DNA of 63,958 nucleotides, filler included, from Candidatus Babelota bacterium (lineage in GTDB: Bacteria; JAGOBX01), in the NCBI GenBank assembly GCA_017999075.1. It is 11 parts of 11 records of this genome, joined end to end, with 100 filler letters (N's around TTAATTAATTAA, not from the genome) between each part and the next. Parts side by side here need not be neighbours in the genome. Positions count along the whole stretch, not along the records: positions 13,489 to 26,851 come from JAGOBX010000045.1; positions 26,952 to 29,851 come from JAGOBX010000530.1; 9 more parts are not named here. One strand, given 5' to 3'. Position 1 is the first letter of the stretch. Each line of letters opens with the position of its first letter. Made by a program: the position numbers and the translations under genes. The notes under the pieces were generated by a model, which was given only the letters and a program-made list of their open reading frames with translations, did not search any database and was not told the origin of the DNA. Of the stretch, positions 18,777 to 27,890 are shown one piece after another.

Positions 18777-21011
18777 ATGAAAAAAGAAAAATCAAAATAC
18801 TATTCAATAATATTCGATAACAAACCGTTAAAAGTAAGGCTGATTGATTATAACGGAACTTCAGATTACACGATAGAACTGTCATTTGGCAATACAATAG
18901 TAAACTGCAACCTTGTAATCGGTAATAAACTAAAAAAAACAGGAGAACACAGTTCTCCAATAAAATTATTTTATTCTGAACGTTTTTATTCTTTCGGAGC
19001 CATTCCCACAAATTTTCATAAGAGGGAAGATTCCAAGACTCCGCGAGAGATTCAATTGACAGATTTTTTTACCGAATGCGCTATAACATCTTTGAATAAG
19101 ATTATAGATACCGAAATAATAATATCGCTGCTACTTGTTTCATTTGAAGAAGGCTGTTCTCCGGAATTGCCTGCTTCAGTGGGATTATCTATGCTGATTT
19201 CATTCGTATCATATTTCAATTCAAATAATTTTGCAGCATTGAGACTGGCTGAAATTGAAGGAAGATATATAAAAAATCCTGATATTGACATAGCTCAATA
19301 CAGTAATCTTGACTTGCTTATTGCGTGTTCTGAAACTTTGATTATTAATATGATATGTTCTGTCAAAGAATCCTCAACCACTTATATTATTGGAGCTGCA
19401 GGATATATAAAATCAGCAATAGAACCCTTGATAGATTTTCAAAAAAAAATAATAGAAGATTGGAAAAATCTGCCTGATATTACGGTCCCATTATCGAAAA
19501 TAGAATATATAGATTTAGATTCTGATATAATAAAAAGTTTTAATGAAACCAATAAAAATGAGATAAATATTCTTATTAGTTCGTTTGATAAGCCTGAAAT
19601 AAATATTTTGGAAATATTAAATATGATGAATGAAATGGTTTCTACAGGAGTCGAGAATGGAAATATTTCGAATTATGCTTTGAAAAAATATCTTTATGAG
19701 TTAATTGGAGAAAATATAAAAAGGAATTTACTTGAAAAGCATATAAGACTTGATTCGCGTCAATTTAACGAATTCAGGGAAATAGAATGTACATCAGGCA
19801 TATTACCTTCAGTTCATGGTTCGGGTATATTTAAATTTGGAAAAACTTCTGTAATGTCAGTAGTAACTTTAGGAACCATTAATAAATCAAGATGGCTATT
19901 TGGAATAGAAGGGTATAAAAGGCAGACATTAACTAATAGTATTTATGTATATCCGTTCAGTACAGGGAAGATAGATGCGAACATAAAATATAACAAATTT
20001 GAAGATACACTTAATATATATCTTGATTCAGTATTAAAAAATGTTATGCCCGGATTGTCGGAACTTCCTTATTTGAAACGAATAATATATGAAATGATTT
20101 CAACTGACGGCGGAACTATATCCGCTGCAATAAATAGTTCAAATCTTGCTTTTAAAGATGCAGGGATAAAGATAAAATCAGAATTTGCGAGCGTTGACAG
20201 TTCATTGTTTTTTTCTGATAAACTGAATGATTTTTTTGTTTTAACTGATTCATTAATGATTGAAAGAGTATGTTCAGACGCTGAAATTAATGTTGCTGGA
20301 ACATTGAACGGTTTGATAGGAATAATGTTCAAATCAAGAAAAAAAGGAGTAACGCTTCATCAGCTTGAAAAAATTTTACATCATCAAAATGAAGTATTGT
20401 CATATATTATATCGAAGATAAAAGAAACTGTCCCGGAATGCAAACCGCAATTGAATTCAAGAGTTCCTGAAACCCGTATATTGCAGGTTAATCCGGATAA
20501 AATCGGATTAATTGCAGGAAGAAATTTTTGTAATGTAAATGAAATAAAAAAAAATACGAATTGCGACATAACAATTGAAGACGACGGAATTATAGTTATA
20601 AGTACAAAAAATAAATTCAGCAATATTGAAGCGGCGCGTCTTAAAATAATTGAAATTTCAGGGCAGATTGAATGGCGCAATTCTGATAAAACAGAAAATA
20701 AATTTAGAAATATGTTTTCAAAATTTAAAAAAGAATCAAAATATCAAGAACCATCAAGGCAAATTGATTATAAAGTTGGAGATATAGTTAATGCAACTGT
20801 AATAAAACTTGTTCCTTTCGGAATATTCGTTGAAGCAGAATTCGGAGCTAAAGGACCTGTATATTTGTCAGAACTTGGAACAGGTTTTTGCACAAAACCA
20901 GAAGAACTGGTTAAAATAGGCGATTTGATAAAAGTGGTCATAACTGAAATAGACGGTTTTAATTACAAATTCAGTCAAAAAAAATATCTTGAGAGACCCG
21001 CGAGCAAATGA
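18777..21011 (+). CDS. Degenerate full-architecture PNPase-like protein B (PH1-helical-PH2-KH-S1)
   Basis: YSERFYSFGAIPTNFHKRE; RLDSRQFNEFREI...GILPSVHGSGIF...VTLG; DAGIKIK; KH region NPDKIG...ITIEDDG; S1 region VGDIVNATVIKLVPFGIFVE; catalytic motifs altered. Confidence 0.88.
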   Translation: MKKEKSKYYSIIFDNKPLKVRLIDYNGTSDYTIELSFGNTIVNCNLVIGNKLKKTGEHSSPIKLFYSERFYSFGAIPTNFHKREDSKTPREIQLTDFFTECAITSLNKIIDTEIIISLLLVSFEEGCSPELPASVGLSMLISFVSYFNSNNFAALRLAEIEGRYIKNPDIDIAQYSNLDLLIACSETLIINMICSVKESSTTYIIGAAGYIKSAIEPLIDFQKKIIEDWKNLPDITVPLSKIEYIDLDSDIIKSFNETNKNEINILISSFDKPEINILEILNMMNEMVSTGVENGNISNYALKKYLYELIGENIKRNLLEKHIRLDSRQFNEFREIECTSGILPSVHGSGIFKFGKTSVMSVVTLGTINKSRWLFGIEGYKRQTLTNSIYVYPFSTGKIDANIKYNKFEDTLNIYLDSVLKNVMPGLSELPYLKRIIYEMISTDGGTISAAINSSNLAFKDAGIKIKSEFASVDSSLFFSDKLNDFFVLTDSLMIERVCSDAEINVAGTLNGLIGIMFKSRKKGVTLHQLEKILHHQNEVLSYIISKIKETVPECKPQLNSRVPETRILQVNPDKIGLIAGRNFCNVNEIKKNTNCDITIEDDGIIVISTKNKFSNIEAARLKIIEISGQIEWRNSDKTENKFRNMFSKFKKESKYQEPSRQIDYKVGDIVNATVIKLVPFGIFVEAEFGAKGPVYLSELGTGFCTKPEELVKIGDLIKVVITEIDGFNYKFSQKKYLERPASK

Positions 21012-22792
21012 AAATAAAATATTTCAGCATAAAATTTATAATAAATTTTTCTTTTATATTTGTATATACTTTATCTCTGATAATAACTTCAGGCTACATA
21101 ATAGTTCAAATAAACAAGAACGCTGAGACATATAAAAATATGTTAATTACCAAGGATTTGAGTATTCTGGCTAATTACTCATCGGAGGTTCTCGATACAT
21201 ACGATAAAACTGGAATTTTAGATGATAATCTGATAGATGAATTATCAATGAATATAAAAACCATGTTTAAAAATGATAATTATATTCATCATATAATATT
21301 ATATAACGAAAGTTTTCATGAAATATTAAAAATCAATAATACTGGATCAAGCTCAGTAAAAGAACCTCCTATATTAAAACCTGATATTTTAAGAAATATG
21401 TCTGTTTACGGAAAAATAATTAACCATAAAGGACTTACAATAAAAGCAATAAATGTTAAATCAAAACAAGGTTCAAAAAACAGGATAACCGGATATATTC
21501 AAACAGGCTTTTCAAACCGGTATTTTAGCCGGATAGTATTGTCAAGTGTATTATTTACAGTGCTGCTTGCATTGATACTAATAACAATTTCATTATTTAT
21601 AATTTCTGCATCTGTAAATTTTGTAATCAATCCTGTGCAGAAACTTATAGGAGTGGCGGAAAAAATAGCGAACGGGGATTCTTCGCCTGAAATAATAACA
21701 ATGAAAGTTAATAATGAAGTTGGAGTTCTTGTTGACGCATTTAATTTAATGACTAAAAATCTGCAGGAAAGAATTAAAGATTTACAGACAATACAGATAC
21801 TTGGAATGGAAATAAGTTCGGAACTTAATAAAAAAGATTTGCTTAAAAATATAATAAAAATTTATACTACTAATACGAACTGTCAAAAATGCGCGCTGCT
21901 TTTAGCAAGCGAAGACAAACATTCGCTGGAACTTACTTCAGGATATAATCTTACAACAACAAAATTTAATGTTAAATTTGGAGAAGGAGTAGCAGGAACA
22001 GTAGCAGTGTCGTGTAATTATAAAATAGTTGATAATATTACGGAATATCCTGAATATTTATTGTTTTATAATTCGAATGAATTGAATAAAATTGAGAACA
22101 AACAGATGCTTGCTTTGCCGCTTGTTGTAAAGGACAGGTTGACAGGAGTAATATGCCTTACAGGAAAAGAAGGAGATTCAAAATATTCATCTTCGGAAAT
22201 AGTTCTTTATCAAACTCTTGCATCGTCAGCGGCTATAGCCATAGAAAATTCTAATCTGTATGAGCTTGCAATAACCGATGGATTGACGAAACTTTATATA
22301 CACAGATATTTCCAGCAAAAATTATTTGAAGAAATGGAATATCATAAAAACAACAACAAAAATATGGCGTTGATAATGCTTGACATAGATCATTTTAAAA
22401 GTTTTAACGACACATACGGACATCAGCAGGGGGATATAGTATTACAGCATTTAGCCAAGATAATGCTTCATTCTACCAGAATAATAGATTTTCGTCTTAG
22501 CGATAGAAGATCGGATATAGTTGCAAGATACGGAGGAGAAGAGTTTTCCGTTATATTGCCGATAACAGATATTAATGGAGCTATTGCAGTAGCGGAAAGA
22601 ATAAGATTTAATGTTCAGGAATACGAATTTCCCGGGCAGGATAAACCTTTAAGAGTAACAGTAAGTTTAGGAATAGCTGAATACAAAAAAGGATTGAATC
22701 CGGCGCAATTGATAAAAAATGCGGATATAGCATTATACCAGTCAAAAGAAAAAGGAAGAAACAGGGTTAGCGTATTTGAAGAAAAAAAGTAA
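21008..22792 (+). CDS. Membrane diguanylate cyclase (periplasmic sensor-HAMP-GAF-GGDEF)
   Basis: AITDGLTKLY, DIDHFKSFNDTYGHQQGD, RRSDIVARYGGEEF (intact active site and RxxD I-site); ATGA overlap with PNPase-like B. Confidence 0.94.
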   Translation: MKIKYFSIKFIINFSFIFVYTLSLIITSGYIIVQINKNAETYKNMLITKDLSILANYSSEVLDTYDKTGILDDNLIDELSMNIKTMFKNDNYIHHIILYNESFHEILKINNTGSSSVKEPPILKPDILRNMSVYGKIINHKGLTIKAINVKSKQGSKNRITGYIQTGFSNRYFSRIVLSSVLFTVLLALILITISLFIISASVNFVINPVQKLIGVAEKIANGDSSPEIITMKVNNEVGVLVDAFNLMTKNLQERIKDLQTIQILGMEISSELNKKDLLKNIIKIYTTNTNCQKCALLLASEDKHSLELTSGYNLTTTKFNVKFGEGVAGTVAVSCNYKIVDNITEYPEYLLFYNSNELNKIENKQMLALPLVVKDRLTGVICLTGKEGDSKYSSSEIVLYQTLASSAAIAIENSNLYELAITDGLTKLYIHRYFQQKLFEEMEYHKNNNKNMALIMLDIDHFKSFNDTYGHQQGDIVLQHLAKIMLHSTRIIDFRLSDRRSDIVARYGGEEFSVILPITDINGAIAVAERIRFNVQEYEFPGQDKPLRVTVSLGIAEYKKGLNPAQLIKNADIALYQSKEKGRNRVSVFEEKK

Positions 22793-22793
22793 T

Positions 22794-23471
22794 ATGGATT
22801 TAAAAAAAAAATTGTCTGAATGCAGATTATACGGGTTTACGCCGGACAAATATTTGAACGGCAGAAATCTTCTTGAAATAGTTGAAATGCAATTAAGTTC
22901 CGGAGTTGACATTATTCAGCTTCGTGAAAAAAAAATGAGCGACAGGGAAAAATTCAAACTGGCTATTGAAATAAAAAAAATATCAGAAAAATATAATAAA
23001 ATATTTATTGTTAACGATGATATAACAATAGCCCAATTATCAGACGCCGATGGAGTTCATCTTGGCCAGGACGACATAGAAGTAAAATACTGTAGGAAAA
23101 TATTAGGAGAAAAAAAAATTATAGGATTATCAACTCATAATGAAAATCAATATTCTGAAGGTCAGTTGAGTTGTGCTGATTATACGGCAATAGGTCCGGT
23201 TTTTCAAACATTTACAAAAGACAATCCGGCGCCTGTTGTAACTTTGAATAAACTTCCGGAAATATTAAAAACCAAAAAAAAGTTTACTGTGGCGATAGGC
23301 GGTATAAATCAAGGAAATATAGACTGTTTATCAAAATTTTCAATTGATTGTTTCGCTGTAGTTTCGGATATTGTTTGTTGTGACGATATAAAAAGTTCTG
23401 TTAAAAGATTAAAAAAAATTATAGACAGAATTAAGGAAAAAAATAAAAGTTTAAATATAAAATTAAGGTGA
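22794..23471 (+). CDS. thiE: Thiamine-phosphate synthase
   Basis: IQLREK, FIVNDD, DGVHLGQDD, IIGLSTH, GPVFQTFTK, VAIGGIN. Confidence 0.93.
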   Translation: MDLKKKLSECRLYGFTPDKYLNGRNLLEIVEMQLSSGVDIIQLREKKMSDREKFKLAIEIKKISEKYNKIFIVNDDITIAQLSDADGVHLGQDDIEVKYCRKILGEKKIIGLSTHNENQYSEGQLSCADYTAIGPVFQTFTKDNPAPVVTLNKLPEILKTKKKFTVAIGGINQGNIDCLSKFSIDCFAVVSDIVCCDDIKSSVKRLKKIIDRIKEKNKSLNIKLR

Positions 23472-23475
23472 AATA

Positions 23476-23943
23476 ATGAAAATAACTCCTATTGAAATTG
23501 AAAAAATTGAATTTAAAAATTCTATGTTTTTTGGATATGATAAAAATCAGGTAAGGAGTTTTTTAAATGAAATATCTTCAGACATTTCAGAAATTATAAA
23601 AGAAAATTCAATTTTAAAAGAAAAAGTAATTGAATTGCAGAAAGTTCAGCAGGATTATCAGAATATGGAAAAAAAACTTCAGGATACCTTGATGATTATT
23701 CAGGAATTTAAAAAAAATGTACAGGATTCTGCAAGGAAAGACGCGGAACAGTTTATAAATGAAACAAAACTTCAATGTAATATTATGATAAATGAAGCTG
23801 AAAAAAAAGTAGGTGAACTGAAAAAAGAATACAATACTTTGATGCTTGAAAAAGGGAAAATTATTTCGAAATTAAAGTTTATGCTTCAGGAAGAATTAAA
23901 TGTGATTGAATCATTTGAAAATTCTAATAAAGAATCTATATGA
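23476..23943 (+). CDS. divIVA: DivIVA-domain protein
   Basis: MKITPIEIEKIEF...GYDKNQVRSFL followed by a coiled coil. Confidence 0.88.
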   Translation: MKITPIEIEKIEFKNSMFFGYDKNQVRSFLNEISSDISEIIKENSILKEKVIELQKVQQDYQNMEKKLQDTLMIIQEFKKNVQDSARKDAEQFINETKLQCNIMINEAEKKVGELKKEYNTLMLEKGKIISKLKFMLQEELNVIESFENSNKESI

Positions 23944-23977
23944 AGAACAAAAGGTAATTTTATTAATTAAAAAAAAT

Positions 23978-24277
23978 ATGGAAAAAAACAGCAGCAGCGT
24001 TAATATGAAAATAAAAGTCAAGGCTAATGCAGGGAAAAATGAAATTATAGGCTTTATGGATCAAGATACTTTAAAAATAAAAATTAAGGCTCCGGCAGTA
24101 GATAATAAGGCAAATAAAGAACTTATAAGTTTTTTATCGAAAACAATGAATTTATCAAAAAACAATATTGAGATAATAAGCGGTTTTGGAAATCCGTTGA
24201 AACTACTTCGTTTAACAGGCATAACAAGGTTGGGGGCAGATTCCATAATTCAGGAAAAAATAAGTTTGAAAAAATAA
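23978..24277 (+). CDS. DUF167 (YggU/UPF0235) family protein
   Basis: IKVKANA...LKIKIKAPAVDNKANKELISFLSK...IISG...K. Confidence 0.88.
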   Translation: MEKNSSSVNMKIKVKANAGKNEIIGFMDQDTLKIKIKAPAVDNKANKELISFLSKTMNLSKNNIEIISGFGNPLKLLRLTGITRLGADSIIQEKISLKK

Positions 24278-24278
24278 T

Positions 24279-25832
24279 ATGAAAAATAAACATCTGCAGA
24301 TAAATTTTAAATTTAAATATCAAATGATGCTGGTATTTTTCATAATTGGAGTAGGAACAATTATTTTATCTCAGGGAATACTTCAAAAAGTTGTGGAAAT
24401 AAGACTTATTAACCTTGCAATATCCGATATAAAGCAATATGTAATTCCTAATTTTAAAGATTTAATAACTTTATCAGTAAAACTTGATGATGATATAATT
24501 TTAGCTAACAGCGCAAGAAAAGTGAATTATTATAACAATATAAATTCATTCAGAATTACAGATGATAACGACAGGATACTTGTAAGCAATTTTTCTGAAG
24601 AAATCAATCAGATTTATAAGTATAACCTGACATTCTTTAAACAAGATAAAATACTGTTTGCTGATGAATCGCAATCAGAAGTTAATAAGTTATTTTTGAA
24701 AAATAACACTGATTCAATAGAAATTTATTATCTGTTTTCTTTTATGCATAAACAAGAACAGATTAAAAGAAAAATATTTTTGACTATATCTAAAAATTTT
24801 GTTAATAAAGTTAATGAAGATTTAAAACGTAGATTTTTATTGATAGGCTGCGGGATAAGTATACTGAGTGTATTGTTTGGTTTTTTATTCAGTGAGAAAG
24901 TAAGCAGAAAAATAGAAATTATTAAATCGGCGGCCCAAGTTATAGGTTCGGGAAATTTTATGCATAGAATAACCATTAAGGCTGCTTTGAAAGACGAACT
25001 TGTAGATTTATCAGCAGACATAAATAAAATGGCGTCAAGTCTGAAAGAAGCAGAATCAATGAAACTTGAAAATGAGAGATTTGAGCAGGAACTTAGAATA
25101 GCAGAACAGATACAGCAGACTTTGCTTCCTGTTTCAACACCGAAAACGGATAACTTTGAGTTTGGAAGCATATATTATTCTGCAAAAGAAGTTGGCGGAG
25201 ATTATTTTGATTGGATAACTGTTGATGATAATCATCTTGGAATAGTTTGTGCAGACGTGTCAGGCAAGGGAGTTCCCGGGGCTTTTGTAATGGCTATTAC
25301 GAGAAGTGTTCTTCGTTCATACGCAGTGAATATTTTATCTCCTGGAGAACTGCTTAAAAAAGTGAATGCTCTTTTGAAAAAAGATATGAAAAAAGGAATG
25401 TTTGTAACTATGTGGTATGGTATTCTTGATATAAATACAGGACAAATAAAATTTGCTAATGCAGGGCATAATCCAGTGATAATTTATAGGAATAATAAAA
25501 AAGATATAGAGATTATGGAAACTCAGGGATCTCCGCTGGGTATTTTGAATGAAAATATTTTTAATAAAAAATTGGTTGAAACCGAAATTGTTTTGTCTGA
25601 AGGAGATATTTTAATACAATATACAGATGGAGTTACTGAAGCATTTAATTCCAATAAAGAAATGTTTGAGTTTGAAAGGTTATATGAAGTTATAAGAAAT
25701 TCTGGGAGTAACATTTCTGCTCAGCAAATGATAGATAACATTAATGAAAATGTTAAAAAGTTTGTGAATGAGTATGAGCAGTCAGATGATATTTTAATGG
25801 TATCAATTAAAAAAAAAACAAAACAGGGATAA
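24279..25832 (+). CDS. HAMP plus SpoIIE/RsbU-type PP2C phosphatase
   Basis: ELRIAEQIQQTLLP, VGGDYFD, ADVSGKGVPGA, NAGHNP, YTDGVTEA, QSDD. Confidence 0.93.
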   Translation: MKNKHLQINFKFKYQMMLVFFIIGVGTIILSQGILQKVVEIRLINLAISDIKQYVIPNFKDLITLSVKLDDDIILANSARKVNYYNNINSFRITDDNDRILVSNFSEEINQIYKYNLTFFKQDKILFADESQSEVNKLFLKNNTDSIEIYYLFSFMHKQEQIKRKIFLTISKNFVNKVNEDLKRRFLLIGCGISILSVLFGFLFSEKVSRKIEIIKSAAQVIGSGNFMHRITIKAALKDELVDLSADINKMASSLKEAESMKLENERFEQELRIAEQIQQTLLPVSTPKTDNFEFGSIYYSAKEVGGDYFDWITVDDNHLGIVCADVSGKGVPGAFVMAITRSVLRSYAVNILSPGELLKKVNALLKKDMKKGMFVTMWYGILDINTGQIKFANAGHNPVIIYRNNKKDIEIMETQGSPLGILNENIFNKKLVETEIVLSEGDILIQYTDGVTEAFNSNKEMFEFERLYEVIRNSGSNISAQQMIDNINENVKKFVNEYEQSDDILMVSIKKKTKQG

Positions 25833-25836
25833 AATT

Positions 25837-26851
25837 TTGAAGTTTACAAGATTAAATAATACAATTTTAAACAAAGGTTTTTTTAGGTTTATTGCACCTG
25901 GTTCTAAAAGTGTGACCAACAGGGCATTGATAATGCTTGGATTAAATGAAAATAAGGCGGCATTAGAAAATATTCTTATTGCAGAAGATACGCTTGTGAT
26001 GATTAATGCGCTGTATGATTTAGGCGCTGAATTAATATTTGATTGTAAGGTCAATATTTTGACTAAAACTGGAATATGCCAACCACGTAACAGAAATGTA
26101 TATTTGGGATATGCTGGCACCGCATACAGATTTTTATTGCCTTATTTATTGACTATGCGTGGTAAATTTAAAATGTATGGAGAAGAAGAACTGCATAAAA
26201 GACCTATAACTGAGCTTATAAGTTGTATGAAAAATTTAGTTGACGGAATGGTATATGAGGATACTGGAAATCGAAGTATTTATTGTGAGATAAATAAATT
26301 AAAAAATATTTCATCAGTTTCTGTTGATCCTGTAAAAAGCAGTCAGTTTTTAACTGCATTACTTTTGGTTATTCCTGTTATATATGATAAATTCACAATA
26401 GAATGCACCAACAAACCTGTATCATCAACATACATAGATTTAACTATGGATATGCTTAAGAAAACCGGAATAAATATCGAACAGGAAAATTATTCGGCAT
26501 ACAAAATTTTCGGAAAACAAAAATATAATTTTTTAAAATATAATATAGAAGGAGATTATTCTGCCGCATCTTATTTTTTTGCTTTATCTGCAATAAGCGG
26601 AATCAGGTCTGAAATTCTTAATCTTGACTGCTTAAGTAAACAGGGTGATAAAAAGTTTATTGAAATACTCGAACGTATGGGTTGCGTGGTAAACTATAAA
26701 AATTCTTGTAATTCTATAGAAATTTTACCTCCTGAAAAATTGCGTTCTGCCGGAGAAATAGATATGTCGAAAATGCAGGATGTAGTGCCTACAGCAGCTG
26801 TTGCCGCTGTGTTTGCAGAAGGAGAAACTAAAATAGTAAATATAGAAAATT
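25837..26851 (+). CDS. aroA: EPSP synthase, 3'-truncated by contig end
   Basis: PGSKSVTNRAL, GYAGTAYRFL, RPI, SSQFLTALLL, EGDYSAASYF, QGD. Confidence 0.92.
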
Positions 26852-26990
26852 NNNNNNNNNNNNNNNNNNNNNNNNNNNNNNNNNNNNNNNNNNNNTTAAT
26901 TAATTAANNNNNNNNNNNNNNNNNNNNNNNNNNNNNNNNNNNNNNNNNNNNCTCTCCGGGAGTGATTAAGTTGTCGAAAATCGACAGGCA

Positions 26991-27374
26991 TTATAAATAT
27001 TGATTTATTAAATTTTCGATAACTGCGGACGCATTTGAATTATTCTTTTTAGCAAACTTTTTTAGTTTTTCCATAGCAGAAATTAAAATCCTGATATTGT
27101 ACCTTTCTTTTTCACCGTCAACATCTTTATTTTTTTTAGGTTCTGTAAAAATATTTTTCGCAATTACATCACATTTGTCATCAAAAAGTAAATTGTCTCT
27201 GTTAATAAATTCATTTTTTACTTTTGATATGTATTTTTTCTTTGCTTTAATTTCTTCCTGTTTAACTTTCGGATAAAACTTTTTAAGTAAAATATCATTA
27301 CATTCAACATTATCTAACAAATGTTGATTCTCTTCAAGATAAGTGAATATTTCTTTTTTTAAATCTTTTTTCAT
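26991..27374 (-). CDS. Protein with C-terminal ribbon-helix-helix DNA-binding domain
   Basis: KERYNIRILISAMEKLKKFAKKNNSNASAVIENLINQYL fits the RHH pattern; ATG at 27374 follows a GGGGTG SD-like sequence. Confidence 0.65.
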   Translation of the reverse strand: MKKDLKKEIFTYLEENQHLLDNVECNDILLKKFYPKVKQEEIKAKKKYISKVKNEFINRDNLLFDDKCDVIAKNIFTEPKKNKDVDGEKERYNIRILISAMEKLKKFAKKNNSNASAVIENLINQYL

Positions 27375-27382
27375 AGCACCCC

Positions 27383-27437
27383 ACATACACATAAAACCAT
27401 ACACACACATTATACACACGTGAAGTTAATTTGTAAA
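27383..27437 (-). promoter_or_regulatory. Sigma70 promoter overlapped by three TGTGTAT direct repeats (putative RHH operator)
   Basis: Minus strand TTTACA, 17-nt spacer, TATAAT (27437-27409); repeats GTGTGTAT, GTGTGTAT and ATGTGTAT across the -10 and downstream. Confidence 0.65.
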
Positions 27438-27446
27438 GATTTATTT

Positions 27447-27575
27447 TTAAAATATAAAGAACATTAATAAAATCAGTAAGTATGAAGTAAAAGCAAATCT
27501 ATCAATTTTTTTCATTTTTTGATTGACAGCTTTTTTTAGCTTGTAATTTCTTTTTTTCTTGTGTTTCTTTTTCAT
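27447..27575 (-). CDS. Small basic protein with C-terminal TM segment
   Basis: AGGAGAG SD; MKKKHKKKRNYKLKK...FAFTSYLLILLMFFIF. Confidence 0.45.
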   Translation of the reverse strand: MKKKHKKKRNYKLKKAVNQKMKKIDRFAFTSYLLILLMFFIF

Positions 27576-27711
27576 TTCTAACTCTCCTATAATTGATTTT
27601 AGTGTATTTTGTTTGTATTTTGAATTGAAGTATATTTTTAATTTGTTTCCGTAAAAACACATATCCGGTCAAAATAATACTTGCAATAGTAAGAATAATA
27701 TCTTTATCCAT
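27502..27711 (-). CDS. Small protein with N-terminal TM and basic tail (holin-like or virion membrane protein)
   Basis: MDKDIILTIASIILTGYVFLRKQ; starts 3 nt after the upstream stop. Confidence 0.5.
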   Translation of the reverse strand: MDKDIILTIASIILTGYVFLRKQIKNILQFKIQTKYTKINYRRVRNEKETQEKKKLQAKKSCQSKNEKN

Positions 27712-27714
27712 TTT

Positions 27715-27888
27715 TTACTTTTTTAAGGCGTTAATGAATATTTCAAGTTTTTCTTTTATTTCTTGAACTTCACTAACAACTTTTTTAACAGTTTGAACAG
27801 CTTCTTTAACATCATTAACAAGTTCGATTACATCTTCTTTGTCAATTTTTTTTGCTTTTTTGTATAAACTTTTTAAAAAATCTAACAT
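27715..27888 (-). CDS. 57-aa amphipathic/coiled-coil protein (not in the ORF track)
   Basis: AAGGAG SD then MLDFLKSLYKKAKKIDKEDVIELVNDVKEAVQTVKKVVSEVQEIKEKLEIFINALKK; fills the gap between its neighbours exactly. Confidence 0.7.
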   Translation of the reverse strand: MLDFLKSLYKKAKKIDKEDVIELVNDVKEAVQTVKKVVSEVQEIKEKLEIFINALKK

Positions 27889-27890
27889 GA

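Noticed and set aside
18777-21011. Calling this gene the housekeeping pnp
   Set aside because: Catalytic and KH motifs are substituted and there is no rpsO context, so the symbol is withheld
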